The position numbers and the translations under genes are program-made. Below are positions 38,911 through 48,381 of a stretch of 64,000 nt of DNA, piece after piece (positions within the stretch are counted from its first letter, which is position 1; every line of letters starts with the position of its first letter). This stretch comes from Candidatus Kapaibacterium sp. (GTDB taxonomy: Bacteria; Bacteroidota; Ignavibacteria; Kapaibacteriales; UBA2268): contig OY762428.1 of assembly GCA_963665665.1 (NCBI GenBank), positions 4,160,001-4,224,000 of the forward strand, written 5' to 3'. The notes below the pieces were generated by a model, which saw nothing but the letters and a program-made list of their open reading frames with translations, searched no databases and was not told where the DNA came from.

Positions 38911-39834
38911 TCAGAAAGTCCAGACAGCCGTTTTATCATCATTGAATTTTAGAACAGATTCAGGCCCGAATTTATATTCCTGCTGTCCGTATTTGTTGTC
39001 GTTCAATTTGAACTTCAACGATGTAATACCTTTGCATTCATCATTCTGCTCAACTATTTTAAAAAGTATTTCCGGGCCTTTGCAGTTTATTATCCCGTTT
39101 TTCTTATTGATTTCATATCCGAACAATGCCATTTCCCTGCAGAAGTCTTCTACTTTGTCGTCATCCATTGCTATCGTAATCTCGGTAATATTATTCATCA
39201 GGCGGGAATATTTATAATACCTGTTGTTATAAATTTTCCTGCTGATACCGCTGGTAGGGTAATCGCTTCCGGCCATAAGTTCTTTCAGGTAATCCTCGTG
39301 ATATTCAATTACAGTTGTATTCAGCTTTCCTTTTTCCTCATTACCGTCACATTTCAGGCAATAGAACCATGGAATTTCAGTACTTTCCAGTTTTCTTTTC
39401 CGCAGTACCTTTTTCACGTTAGGGTTCAGGTTTTCCCTGATATTTACAAATATATTATCAATTTCCCCGGGTTCTTCCGTTGACAGGCCCATAGCACAGC
39501 ACCCCCTGGAGTAATCTTTCCTGTCCCCTTCCTTGAAAATTTCCATGTATGTTGTCTCGCCTGTGATATATATCCCGCTCCATGTTTCCATATCATCGGC
39601 AGTAGCGGTATTAGTTATCAGGTCAGCGAATTCAGTTTTAAGGAATTCGGAATTGAGTATATCATTGTAAGTTTGTTCATCCAAAACCATATTTACATGG
39701 TTAAGATATACTTTTGGAGAATTGTATATCTTCGGTAATTCAAATTCTAATGTATCATCAGAACTACATGAAAAAAACAGACCAATAGCGAAAGCAATAA
39801 GCGAAGTGCATAATAATACCTTTTTCATAATCAT
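38911..39834 (-). CDS. lipoprotein, DUF5829 / VOC (glyoxalase-like) family
   Basis: Lipobox FFSC; LNHV.MVLD..TY..I..SEFL...FA, WSGIYITG.TTYMEIF pattern. Confidence 0.65.
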   Translation of the reverse strand: MIMKKVLLCTSLIAFAIGLFFSCSSDDTLEFELPKIYNSPKVYLNHVNMVLDEQTYNDILNSEFLKTEFADLITNTATADDMETWSGIYITGETTYMEIFKEGDRKDYSRGCCAMGLSTEEPGEIDNIFVNIRENLNPNVKKVLRKRKLESTEIPWFYCLKCDGNEEKGKLNTTVIEYHEDYLKELMAGSDYPTSGISRKIYNNRYYKYSRLMNNITEITIAMDDDKVEDFCREMALFGYEINKKNGIINCKGPEILFKIVEQNDECKGITSLKFKLNDNKYGQQEYKFGPESVLKFNDDKTAVWTF

Positions 39835-40270
39835 ACCTCCTGAAGAATAAGTGATCTTAATATCTTATATTTAAGAGGTCTGTATCCCGGCTGTCATATT
39901 ATATATCGCATGAATATAAGTCCTTGCTTTTATTTTATTCAAGATAATAAAAATTTAATATTTTGCAAGATTTAAAAATTATTTTTGTGTATATATTTAA
40001 TTTTTGCAATTTGATCAATATATCTATCGGTTTTTGGTGGCTTTTAACTTCGACTATAAGAATAACTTCAATCTGTTAAACAAGAATTATTCTAAATTAC
40101 GACCAGGTGAAAAGAAGTATTGATTTCACTTCAAATTTCGGATTACAATTGTTTTTAAAGTAACAAACTGATACAAAATGTGAAAAATATTTTGCTAATT
40201 ATTTTTAACATTTTTAATTTTACTAATATTGGAAATTGAAATGTTAAATTATGATTGCCCGAGGTTAAGC

Positions 40271-41314
40271 ATGTACAAATTATTTATTACCTTATTATTG
40301 GTGCTTACTATATCAGCTTTACAATTGCCAGCACAGAACACGAAAACCGGAGCAGACAGCCTGAATACAGGAGATACAAATACAAATATCGATAATTCAA
40401 CTATTTACGTTAAAATCAGAACCCATGCCGGGGATATTTATACTGGTTTTATGATAAGGAAAGATAAAGAATACACTGTAATAAAATCTGACGACGGAAA
40501 AATATTTTCGATTAAGAACAACGCGATATCTTCAGTAACCCAGGAAGATCACGATAAATTAACTGACATACAAAAGAAAGCTATGAAGCCTGTTCCCCAA
40601 TTTTCGAATATTTCATTGGCTTTTATGTCGCCTTCTTACGGCGTTGATAATGATCTCTCATTCTTCTCGGGCGTTTGGCTTTTAGCCGCAGATATAAATA
40701 TTGGCGAAACAACGCAAATAAGAGCTGAAATTCCCTATGCACATTTTGCCTCGGGTGATGTTAGTTACTCTGAATTTCAGAATATTTATATCGGAATGAA
40801 TTTTAATAATCTGACTATGGGCAGGGATATGATCTTCAGGGCAGGGCTGTTTCTGCCGGTAGTTTCCCCTGAAACATTCCTTAAAACCGGTATTTTGGCC
40901 TATCCCGGTGATAGTTATAACTATACACGATACTTACCGGATTGTGTTACTTTTCAGGGAATCTTTGACTATACGAAGTACTACCCCAATAATTTGTTAT
41001 TTCACCTGGTTGCCGGGCTTGATATACTTTACCAAAGTGAAGGCGAAGGGAATACAGATATATATCCGCGTTTCCTGTTCGGCCTGGGATATGATAACCG
41101 TGAGACCAGGTTTGTTTTCAATTTCAAAGGCTATATAATGCTGACAGAAGATTATGAATTCAGGGAAGAATTTGTAAATTCCCTGGCCTTTGAATTTTCT
41201 CACAAGTTCACTAATATCACACCAGTTGTTGAAATAACTCTCCCTCTTCAGGAAGACTTAGTTGACCTGATTGATTATCAATTAAAAATTGGAGCCTCAT
41301 ACAGGTTGAAATAG
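40271..41314 (+). CDS. outer-membrane beta-barrel protein with small N-terminal domain
   Basis: Signal peptide from ATG 40271; alternating strands; ends IGASYRLK. Confidence 0.6.
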   Translation: MYKLFITLLLVLTISALQLPAQNTKTGADSLNTGDTNTNIDNSTIYVKIRTHAGDIYTGFMIRKDKEYTVIKSDDGKIFSIKNNAISSVTQEDHDKLTDIQKKAMKPVPQFSNISLAFMSPSYGVDNDLSFFSGVWLLAADINIGETTQIRAEIPYAHFASGDVSYSEFQNIYIGMNFNNLTMGRDMIFRAGLFLPVVSPETFLKTGILAYPGDSYNYTRYLPDCVTFQGIFDYTKYYPNNLLFHLVAGLDILYQSEGEGNTDIYPRFLFGLGYDNRETRFVFNFKGYIMLTEDYEFREEFVNSLAFEFSHKFTNITPVVEITLPLQEDLVDLIDYQLKIGASYRLK

Positions 41315-41428
41315 CATATTAAGAGCAATTAAAATTAAAAACATTCGGGATTTTTTTGTAGATTAATAGCAGCCGGTTGCGGGGGGTAACCGGTATTGAT
41401 ATTATTTATATTATTTGCGGGTTTGGTT

Positions 41429-43066
41429 ATGAATTTGCACGAGCTATTGTCGAAAGCATTAGTAGTAATTCTTTTCTTTTCAATTACTTTGATCTCTAAC
41501 GCACAGGAAGAGGAACTGCCTGATCCTGAAGCGGAAGAACTGCTTGAAGAACCGGTTGTTGAAAAATCCGTTCCCGAAAAAAAGGAAACAAAAATTGAAA
41601 AAAAAGTAATTAAGCCCACACCACAAAAAAAAGTTATTCAAAAAGAAGATAAAGAAAAGAAAACTACTCCAAAACCAAAAGTAAAAACAAAAGCCAAAAC
41701 GGGTAATCAAAAGTCAAAGAAATCCCCAATTAAGAATCGAACTCCTTCGGTTACGGATATTAACGAAGAAGAAGACTCAATGAGCGGAACAATCGAGTGG
41801 CAGGTTGTTCTAAAAGATGACAACGGAAATATTGAATTGCCCAAGCGTTACAGAACATGGTGGTACGTTCGCTTAGACGGAGTAAACCCCAACAACGAGT
41901 CAAGGCTTCATATTATTGGCGACGGATTCCAGGGAGGATCAGTTGTCCTGCCTGTCTATTCCTATGATAAACAGAACTGGACCAGGCTAAGGCCCGAGAA
42001 TATCATCAGGGGGGAAGAAAAAGAGAATGATTTTAATTATACCGTAGTTAAAAGATTCGGGAAATCCCCGGTTTATGTGGCGAGATATTATCCATATCCC
42101 TACGCCAGGGTAAAAAAGCTGGTCAATAAATATAAATCAAATAAATATTTCAAATCAGAAATTCTCGGGAAAACTGCACATGGCAGGGATATGTATTTCT
42201 TCACTATAACTGATCCGTCAATACCTGATAAAGATAAAAAGAGGATATGGATACATTCACGTACCCATCCTTCTGAAACAGGCGCTTCTTTTGCAGTTGA
42301 AGGAATGCTGGAATATCTGCTTGGAAAATGCAATGAAAATTGCCGGGAAGCAGACTTAACAAAGTTAATTTTCAATATTGTGCCAATGGTTAATATCGAC
42401 GGCGTTGTGGAAGGCCGTGCCCGTGTAACACCCGATTCGAGCTATGACCTGGAAAGAATGTGGATCATCAACCCAAAAAATTACAGGTTACTTACGGATA
42501 GCGTCCCTCCTGAAGTGAAACTGATGCATACAAAAATTCTTGAACTTGATAAAAGCGGGCCTGAATTTATCGCAGCAATTAATATTCATACGAAAAATGC
42601 CTATCCTGAGTGGAAGCCATTTATTTACAGTAATTTCAAACCCGAGAACAAAGATTTTGGAAGTGAAGCGGATACATTATTCCGCCGTCAGCTTGGCTTT
42701 ATGAAGCTCCTGAGTGAGGAGTACTGCTGCGCCGATACACTTACTGTTCAGCAAAGTTTCGAGAGTAATATTCCCATGGAAAAGAAGAAATATCCCGAAG
42801 CATGGTGGTGGCTGAATTACAAGGATAAAGTTATGGCAGCCACACTGGAATTAACTTCCGGTTACGACGGCGGATTCGAAGAATGGTCAACTTACAGGGA
42901 CAATATGATGCTTGGCGAAGCACTCTGCAAAGCCCTTTATAAATATTACAGGCTGCATATTTCAGGTGAATATTTCAGGTACGAAGCACCGGAACAGGAT
43001 ATCGAAAAACTAATAAAATATTATCGCGGGCCGTATAAATTGAAAAAGAAGAAGCAGGGTAAGTAA
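41429..43066 (+). CDS. M14 zinc carboxypeptidase (cytosolic-carboxypeptidase-like) with signal peptide and long E/K/P-rich linker
   Basis: YYPYPY, RTHPSE (HxxE), IVPMVNIDGV..GR.R, DLERMW, INIHT, TLEL. Confidence 0.82.
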   Translation: MNLHELLSKALVVILFFSITLISNAQEEELPDPEAEELLEEPVVEKSVPEKKETKIEKKVIKPTPQKKVIQKEDKEKKTTPKPKVKTKAKTGNQKSKKSPIKNRTPSVTDINEEEDSMSGTIEWQVVLKDDNGNIELPKRYRTWWYVRLDGVNPNNESRLHIIGDGFQGGSVVLPVYSYDKQNWTRLRPENIIRGEEKENDFNYTVVKRFGKSPVYVARYYPYPYARVKKLVNKYKSNKYFKSEILGKTAHGRDMYFFTITDPSIPDKDKKRIWIHSRTHPSETGASFAVEGMLEYLLGKCNENCREADLTKLIFNIVPMVNIDGVVEGRARVTPDSSYDLERMWIINPKNYRLLTDSVPPEVKLMHTKILELDKSGPEFIAAINIHTKNAYPEWKPFIYSNFKPENKDFGSEADTLFRRQLGFMKLLSEEYCCADTLTVQQSFESNIPMEKKKYPEAWWWLNYKDKVMAATLELTSGYDGGFEEWSTYRDNMMLGEALCKALYKYYRLHISGEYFRYEAPEQDIEKLIKYYRGPYKLKKKKQGK

Positions 43067-43231
43067 ATCGGAATATTATAAAAAATATATTCATAAATCC
43101 GGAATCCACAAAAATTAATTTTCGCAATGTTTGTTGTCATAGAATTGTAATAATATCAAAGGTTTAGGTACTTTTTAGTCATCCTTCCGAAGGTTTATCC
43201 TGCGGAAGGATGAAAAATATTTAAGTATTTA

Positions 43232-44116
43232 TTATTTCATAACATTCAGAAGATCCTTGGACTGTTCCAGAAGTTCTTCGATATCAGAGATCACGAAATC
43301 AATACCGTTGGAGGAAAGTTCGGGGAAACGTTCCGACAGGTACTGCCAAACTTTGCTCTCTTCAATGCTTTCATAGTTCAATCCCTTATAAAAATCTGCA
43401 CCGTGCATTTCACAGATTATTCCTGCCAGGTTCACAATCGCCCCAAGATCTTTATGGTCGCCAAGTTTGTCGGGGTTGTTGTAATAGCTAATTAGTGCGG
43501 CAAGGTCATCAGGAAGTTTCCAGCTTTTGGCAATTTCTTTGCTTACTTCAAGGTGAGTAAGGCCAAATACACTGATTTCGGCTTCAATATCACTTTTTCC
43601 GTTTTCACTTACTTCATCAATTACCTGCAAATAATCTTTTAATTTATACTGGATCATAGCCAATTTACCCATCTGGTAAAGCAATCCCCCAATAAATTCA
43701 GACTCGCTGAAGTTTATTTTCAATTTTTGGGTAATGGATTTTGCAACTATACCGGTACTTGCGGAATGATTCCAGAATTTGTTCATGATTACGGCAGCTT
43801 CTTTTTGTGTGCTAAGCCAGAATTTCGAGAAAATTGATATTCCAAGGACAATATTGGTTAATTTACTAAAGCCAATCATCATTATGGCCTGCTGTATCGA
43901 GGTTATTTCCCTACGGGTGCCGTATAAAGGAGAATTGGCAATCTTAAGTAATTTTAATGTCAGGGATGGGTCTGTTTCAACAATTTTCAGCAGGTCGTGC
44001 ATATTCACATCTTCATTTTCGAGCAGGCTGAGTATTTTAGTTGCAACTGCCGGAAGTGTGGCAAATTCTCTGGTATTAACTATATCATTAACATTGGCCA
44101 TGTCATTAGCATCCAA
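43232..44116 (-). CDS. HDOD domain protein
   Basis: LPAVA, DPSLTLKLLKIANSPLYG...ITSIQQAI..IG, FWNHS, WKLP; HD position reads YQ. Confidence 0.9.
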   Translation of the reverse strand: MDANDMANVNDIVNTREFATLPAVATKILSLLENEDVNMHDLLKIVETDPSLTLKLLKIANSPLYGTRREITSIQQAIMMIGFSKLTNIVLGISIFSKFWLSTQKEAAVIMNKFWNHSASTGIVAKSITQKLKINFSESEFIGGLLYQMGKLAMIQYKLKDYLQVIDEVSENGKSDIEAEISVFGLTHLEVSKEIAKSWKLPDDLAALISYYNNPDKLGDHKDLGAIVNLAGIICEMHGADFYKGLNYESIEESKVWQYLSERFPELSSNGIDFVISDIEELLEQSKDLLNVMK

Positions 44117-44194
44117 TTTTTAAAAAACTTCATTTGAAAATTTACTTAAACCGGAATTAATATGAAAAAAAATATTGAGATACGCAAAAAGTAA

Positions 44195-44416
44195 TTAAAA
44201 TAATATTAATTTTTTCGTGATTCTATCACCGTCAATGTTGATTACGATGAAATAAACCCCTTTTGGCTGTTCAATTGGCAGTAATGAATTATTTTCATAA
44301 CCGTAAGTAGAATAAACAAGCTGCCCTGTAATATTGTAAACGGCAATTGATTTTACGAAACAATCAGACTTAATGATTATTTTACCGCCGGAAATAACAA
44401 TATCTATTTTCTTATC
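44195..44416 (-). CDS. T9SS type A C-terminal sorting domain in the -1 frame of the preceding gene (frameshift extension, no start codon of its own)
   Basis: -1 frame after the A9 run reads DKKIDIVISGGKIIIKSDCFVKSIAVYNITGQLVYSTYGYENNSLLPIEQPKGVYFIVINIDGDRITKKLILF*. Confidence 0.8.
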   Translation of the reverse strand, partial: DKKIDIVISGGKIIIKSDCFVKSIAVYNITGQLVYSTYGYENNSLLPIEQPKGVYFIVINIDGDRITKKLILF

Positions 44417-45336
44417 TTTTTTTTTACCGATGTTGTTATCCGGGGGTAGTAGTAGAGATGCGGCTTAATGCCAAAGTTTGATTCGCTCAGGGTGTAATAA
44501 CCGCCATTTTTAACATCCCAGCAAACTGCCTCGCCCTGGGGTTCGGGAATGTAGGGCAAAATGGCAGGATCACTAATGAATGCTTCTGCAAGCGGTTCGC
44601 CGGTTTTGCGGGAATAATAATAAATCTGGGCATAATCCTTCAGAATTATTTCGAGTCCGTCGGGGCTGATATCACCTCCCACTACTCCGGAACCTTCGAA
44701 TCCCATGTTGCCAATAGTTAATGTTGCAATATGCAGCAGTTCGTTTTTCTTATCGGTATTTTGCGGGTATTCAGCCACGTAAACCCTAACATTTTCCTCC
44801 CTTTTTGTTACAATGTATATATCTTTTGTCAGAGGGTCTATCATCAGAGTTTCCGCATCGCGGCTGCCGTCGGGATAATCAAGTTTTATTTCATCAATGT
44901 CTTTTAATTTTTTATCAAGCGGTACTTTGTCAAAATCAATGTCTGGTTCTTCAATCCGGTAAACATATATTTTGCCCCTTTTTGCATCATTATCGCCTAT
45001 ATCACCAACATAGATATAAGATTTACCGTCTTCAGGACCCGGGCCAACACAAATATCTTCAAGGTCATCTACATTGATTCCGTCAAGTTCAAATTCACCA
45101 ACAAGGTTTCCGTTGCGGTCAATTGCAAATATTCTGTCCTTATCACCCGAATCATTGTGAGTCCAGAAAATCCCGGGGTACTTTCTGCTTGCAGCCAGGC
45201 CGGAGGCTTCGTCAATTTTACCGGAAGCAAGTAATCCCAGGTCCTGCCTTTGGCCGAATTGGGGAACTTTATCTGATGATTCCGAGATAGATAATATTCC
45301 AAAGAAAATCGTCAATATTGCAAGTATTCTGTTCAT
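44404..45336 (-). CDS. exported beta-propeller protein (SdiA-regulated/phytase-like), zero-frame product
   Basis: Signal peptide; EASGLAAS...WTHNDSG, D.EDI, YVGDIGDN, DAETL, GDISPDG, QGEAVCW motifs. Confidence 0.8.
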   Translation of the reverse strand: MNRILAILTIFFGILSISESSDKVPQFGQRQDLGLLASGKIDEASGLAASRKYPGIFWTHNDSGDKDRIFAIDRNGNLVGEFELDGINVDDLEDICVGPGPEDGKSYIYVGDIGDNDAKRGKIYVYRIEEPDIDFDKVPLDKKLKDIDEIKLDYPDGSRDAETLMIDPLTKDIYIVTKREENVRVYVAEYPQNTDKKNELLHIATLTIGNMGFEGSGVVGGDISPDGLEIILKDYAQIYYYSRKTGEPLAEAFISDPAILPYIPEPQGEAVCWDVKNGGYYTLSESNFGIKPHLYYYPRITTSVKKKIRK

Positions 45337-45459
45337 ATCAATTTCAATTTCTCAAACAAACACAACACAAAATAATGAAAACAATTCGAAATATTAATTA
45401 ATTTTTGATATTTTTGATGTCATTATGTGTGTTAATTTTATTGTTAGTTGGAGTTATTG

Positions 45460-46899
45460 ATGACTGGCAAAATTTATTTTTTCATTGTTTTATTGTTACT
45501 ATCGACAGAAATATTAGCAAACGAGCATCCCTTTTCAATCAGAACCGGAAATATTATTGATTCAACCGAGGCGAAATATTTCTCCTTATTCCGTGATTAT
45601 AAAGGATTTGTAAAAGCAGAAATTATTGCTGATAGCGATGGCAGCAGGAAAATAAATATCGTTTATGAGCATGGTGAAGCAGATAAGACTATCGATCTTA
45701 CACCGGATCAATCAAAGAACCTGAGGCTTTATATCGAAAATTACGAGCTTTACCTGCATGAAGATATCGTTTTTGATAACTCGAAAATTCCGGATGCAAT
45801 ACAATTAGATCAGTCAAAGATCAGGGATTTTATCAACCTGGATTATTTTTTCAGGGATATGCCACCTGTAGAAATTGAATTAATTGACGGTGAAATGATA
45901 GATGATTGCGGATTGGTTGCTATTGTCGGGGATACACTAATACTGGCGAAAGAGAGGAACAGGTACAATTGGAGAGATGTTGAAAATTTCATTCCGATTC
46001 CATTTAATTATGTATTTGAATGTATGGTCGACGGCGTCGTTTACGAACTTCATGCCGAACCCGTGGACAGGAATGAACTTATCGATCATTACTCCGGGCT
46101 TCCCTTTTATGACCATCCGAAAAATGACTTCTCAATACCACCGGAAGTAAAAAACAAAAAGGGTTTGATCATGGCAAATGAGAAAACTCAGGTGATATTT
46201 GAAAGAGATAAATTATTTCCGATCCTTTGGAGGAAAAAGGATCTTTCAGATATTTTTTTTCTCAGTTGCTCATTTCAAATAATTACAAAAGAAGTAGTTT
46301 CGGAGAGTAGATTTGAAGTGGAAGATCAAATTCATGTTAAAAGAATATATCATGTCAGGGAACAAAAGAATAATAAAAATTTACAATCTGCTTTAAATTT
46401 AAATCTCGGATATTTTTTTAATAATCATATATTTCTTTATAGCGGATTAAAATTATTAGTATGTAGCAGCAAAGATGAAGAAGAAACATTCCGTGATAAA
46501 GGATTTTCATTAGCAGTTGGTATCGGATGGCATGATTTGCCGATTATTGACAGAATATATCCTGATCTGAGTTTTGGGATTATTCTTGAATGTGATTACA
46601 ACTTTTACAATTTTTACCACCAATTGTCAAGTCAGGGTGAAAAAACCTGGATACCAGAGCTTGTTTTGATTAAAGAAAAAAATTATCATTATAGCTTTTC
46701 TTTCAAACCTTATAGTAAATATAATTTTTTCGACAATATATCAGTGACTGCCACTTTTGTTTATGAATATCATCCTGTCAGTAATTATAGCACAAGTCAG
46801 TATATTTCCGATAGCCTTTGGCCCTCCTACTGGGAAATGATAAAAGATCAGAAATATTCCGGAATTGGCTTCAGTATTGGGATAGAATATATACTATAA
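45460..46899 (+). CDS. exported/outer-membrane protein, paralog 1 of 3
   Basis: Signal peptide; conserved N-terminal domain; C-terminal beta-barrel-like half ending IGIEYIL. Confidence 0.7.
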   Translation: MTGKIYFFIVLLLLSTEILANEHPFSIRTGNIIDSTEAKYFSLFRDYKGFVKAEIIADSDGSRKINIVYEHGEADKTIDLTPDQSKNLRLYIENYELYLHEDIVFDNSKIPDAIQLDQSKIRDFINLDYFFRDMPPVEIELIDGEMIDDCGLVAIVGDTLILAKERNRYNWRDVENFIPIPFNYVFECMVDGVVYELHAEPVDRNELIDHYSGLPFYDHPKNDFSIPPEVKNKKGLIMANEKTQVIFERDKLFPILWRKKDLSDIFFLSCSFQIITKEVVSESRFEVEDQIHVKRIYHVREQKNNKNLQSALNLNLGYFFNNHIFLYSGLKLLVCSSKDEEETFRDKGFSLAVGIGWHDLPIIDRIYPDLSFGIILECDYNFYNFYHQLSSQGEKTWIPELVLIKEKNYHYSFSFKPYSKYNFFDNISVTATFVYEYHPVSNYSTSQYISDSLWPSYWEMIKDQKYSGIGFSIGIEYIL

Positions 46900-47317
46900 T
46901 TATCAAGAGGTTAAAATGAGATACACTAAATTATTCGTTTCTATACTAATTATTCTTTTCTTTACTTGTTTTGAATTATTATCAATTGAATTTTCGCAAC
47001 GCACTGGCAACACAATTGATTCAACCGAGGCGAAATATTTCTCCTTATTCCGTGATTATAAAGGATTTGTAAAAGCAGAAATTATTGCTGATAGCGATGG
47101 CAGCAGGAAAATAAATATCGTTTATGAGCATGGTGAAGCAGATAAGACTATCGATCTTACACCGGATCAATCAAAGAACCTGAGGCTTTATATCGAAAAT
47201 TACGAGCTTTACCTGCATGAAGATATCGTTTTTGATAACTCGAAAATTCCGGATGCAATACAATTAGATCAGTCAAAGATCAGGGATTTTATCAACCTGG
47301 ATTATTTTTTCAGGGAT
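45556..47317 (+). repeat. exact 303-bp direct repeat (45556-45858 = 47015-47317), with a diverged third copy near 48478-48780
   Basis: Compared by eye from ATTGATTCAACCGAGGCG to TTTTTCAGGGAT. Confidence 0.9.
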
Positions 47318-48364
47318 CTGCCTGTTATTGAAATTCAACTTATCGACGGTGAAAGTATCGATGATGTTCGATTGGTAGCTGTTTTTAACGAAACACTGAT
47401 ATTAGCTCCGGATAGAGAAAAATATAACTGGCGGGATGTTTCAATATATATTCCTGTTTCATTCAAATATGTATTTGAATGTATGGTCGACGGCTCCGTT
47501 TATGAGCTTTATGCCGAACCCGGGGACAGGAATGAACTTATCGATCATTACTCCGGGCTTCCCTTTTATGACCATCCGAAACATCATATTTCAGTAACTC
47601 CTGATATTACTGTAAACATGAGTACTATTCGAAAAAATGAGGTTAAAGATATTGAATACATGCCTTACAAGGTTGTATCATATAGTAAACCATGGAAAAA
47701 AAGAGAATTAAATGGGATGTTCTTTATTGATTGTTCGTATCAGAAAGTTGCCAAGCAGGTAACTAAGGAACAAAAGTATGATATTGATGATATATTTTTC
47801 GAGGAGAGAGTTTATCATATTAAAGAACTAAAGGATAATAAAAGTAACCAGACTGCTGTAAACCTGGATTTCGGTTATTACCTGACCAATAATATTATTT
47901 TATACACGGGATTAAAATACCTCGCGGCAACTTCTGTTGATGATGAAGAGACATTCGAAGATAAAGGCTGGGCTTTAACACTGGGAACAGGCTGGGACGA
48001 TATTCCTTTCCTTGCTGAACTACAGCGTGATTTATATTTTGGTGTGAAACTAGAGGTTAATTATAATTTCAATACATTTCACCATCAGTTATCCAGCCAG
48101 GGAAAAACAACATGGATACCGGAAATTGTTGAGATCGAAGACGAAAATAATCATATCAGTTATAGTGTAAAGCCTTATGTCAAATATTGTTTTTACGATG
48201 ATTTCTCAGTTTTTGCTGAATACGTATATGAATATCATCCAAACAGTGCTTATAAAACCCGTGACTATATTGCAGATAATCATTGGCCTTCGTATTGGGA
48301 AATGGTTAACGGGCAGAAATATTCAGGAACGGGATTTAGTTTTGGAATATTATATTTATTGTAA
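46916..48364 (+). CDS. exported/outer-membrane protein, paralog 2 of 3
   Basis: Same architecture; 303 bp identical to paralog 1. Confidence 0.7.
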   Translation: MRYTKLFVSILIILFFTCFELLSIEFSQRTGNTIDSTEAKYFSLFRDYKGFVKAEIIADSDGSRKINIVYEHGEADKTIDLTPDQSKNLRLYIENYELYLHEDIVFDNSKIPDAIQLDQSKIRDFINLDYFFRDLPVIEIQLIDGESIDDVRLVAVFNETLILAPDREKYNWRDVSIYIPVSFKYVFECMVDGSVYELYAEPGDRNELIDHYSGLPFYDHPKHHISVTPDITVNMSTIRKNEVKDIEYMPYKVVSYSKPWKKRELNGMFFIDCSYQKVAKQVTKEQKYDIDDIFFEERVYHIKELKDNKSNQTAVNLDFGYYLTNNIILYTGLKYLAATSVDDEETFEDKGWALTLGTGWDDIPFLAELQRDLYFGVKLEVNYNFNTFHHQLSSQGKTTWIPEIVEIEDENNHISYSVKPYVKYCFYDDFSVFAEYVYEYHPNSAYKTRDYIADNHWPSYWEMVNGQKYSGTGFSFGILYLL

Positions 48365-48381
48365 TTTTTTAAGAGGACAAG

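Noticed and set aside
43040-43130. Second frameshifted CTD after the Lys-rich end of the M14 peptidase
   Set aside because: The Lys codons are mixed AAA/AAG without a long A-run, and the downstream frames show no CTD-like sequence.
43179-43213. Hairpin between the M14 and HDOD genes as an intrinsic terminator
   Set aside because: Good stem, but no U-tract follows it on either strand, so it was not listed as a terminator.
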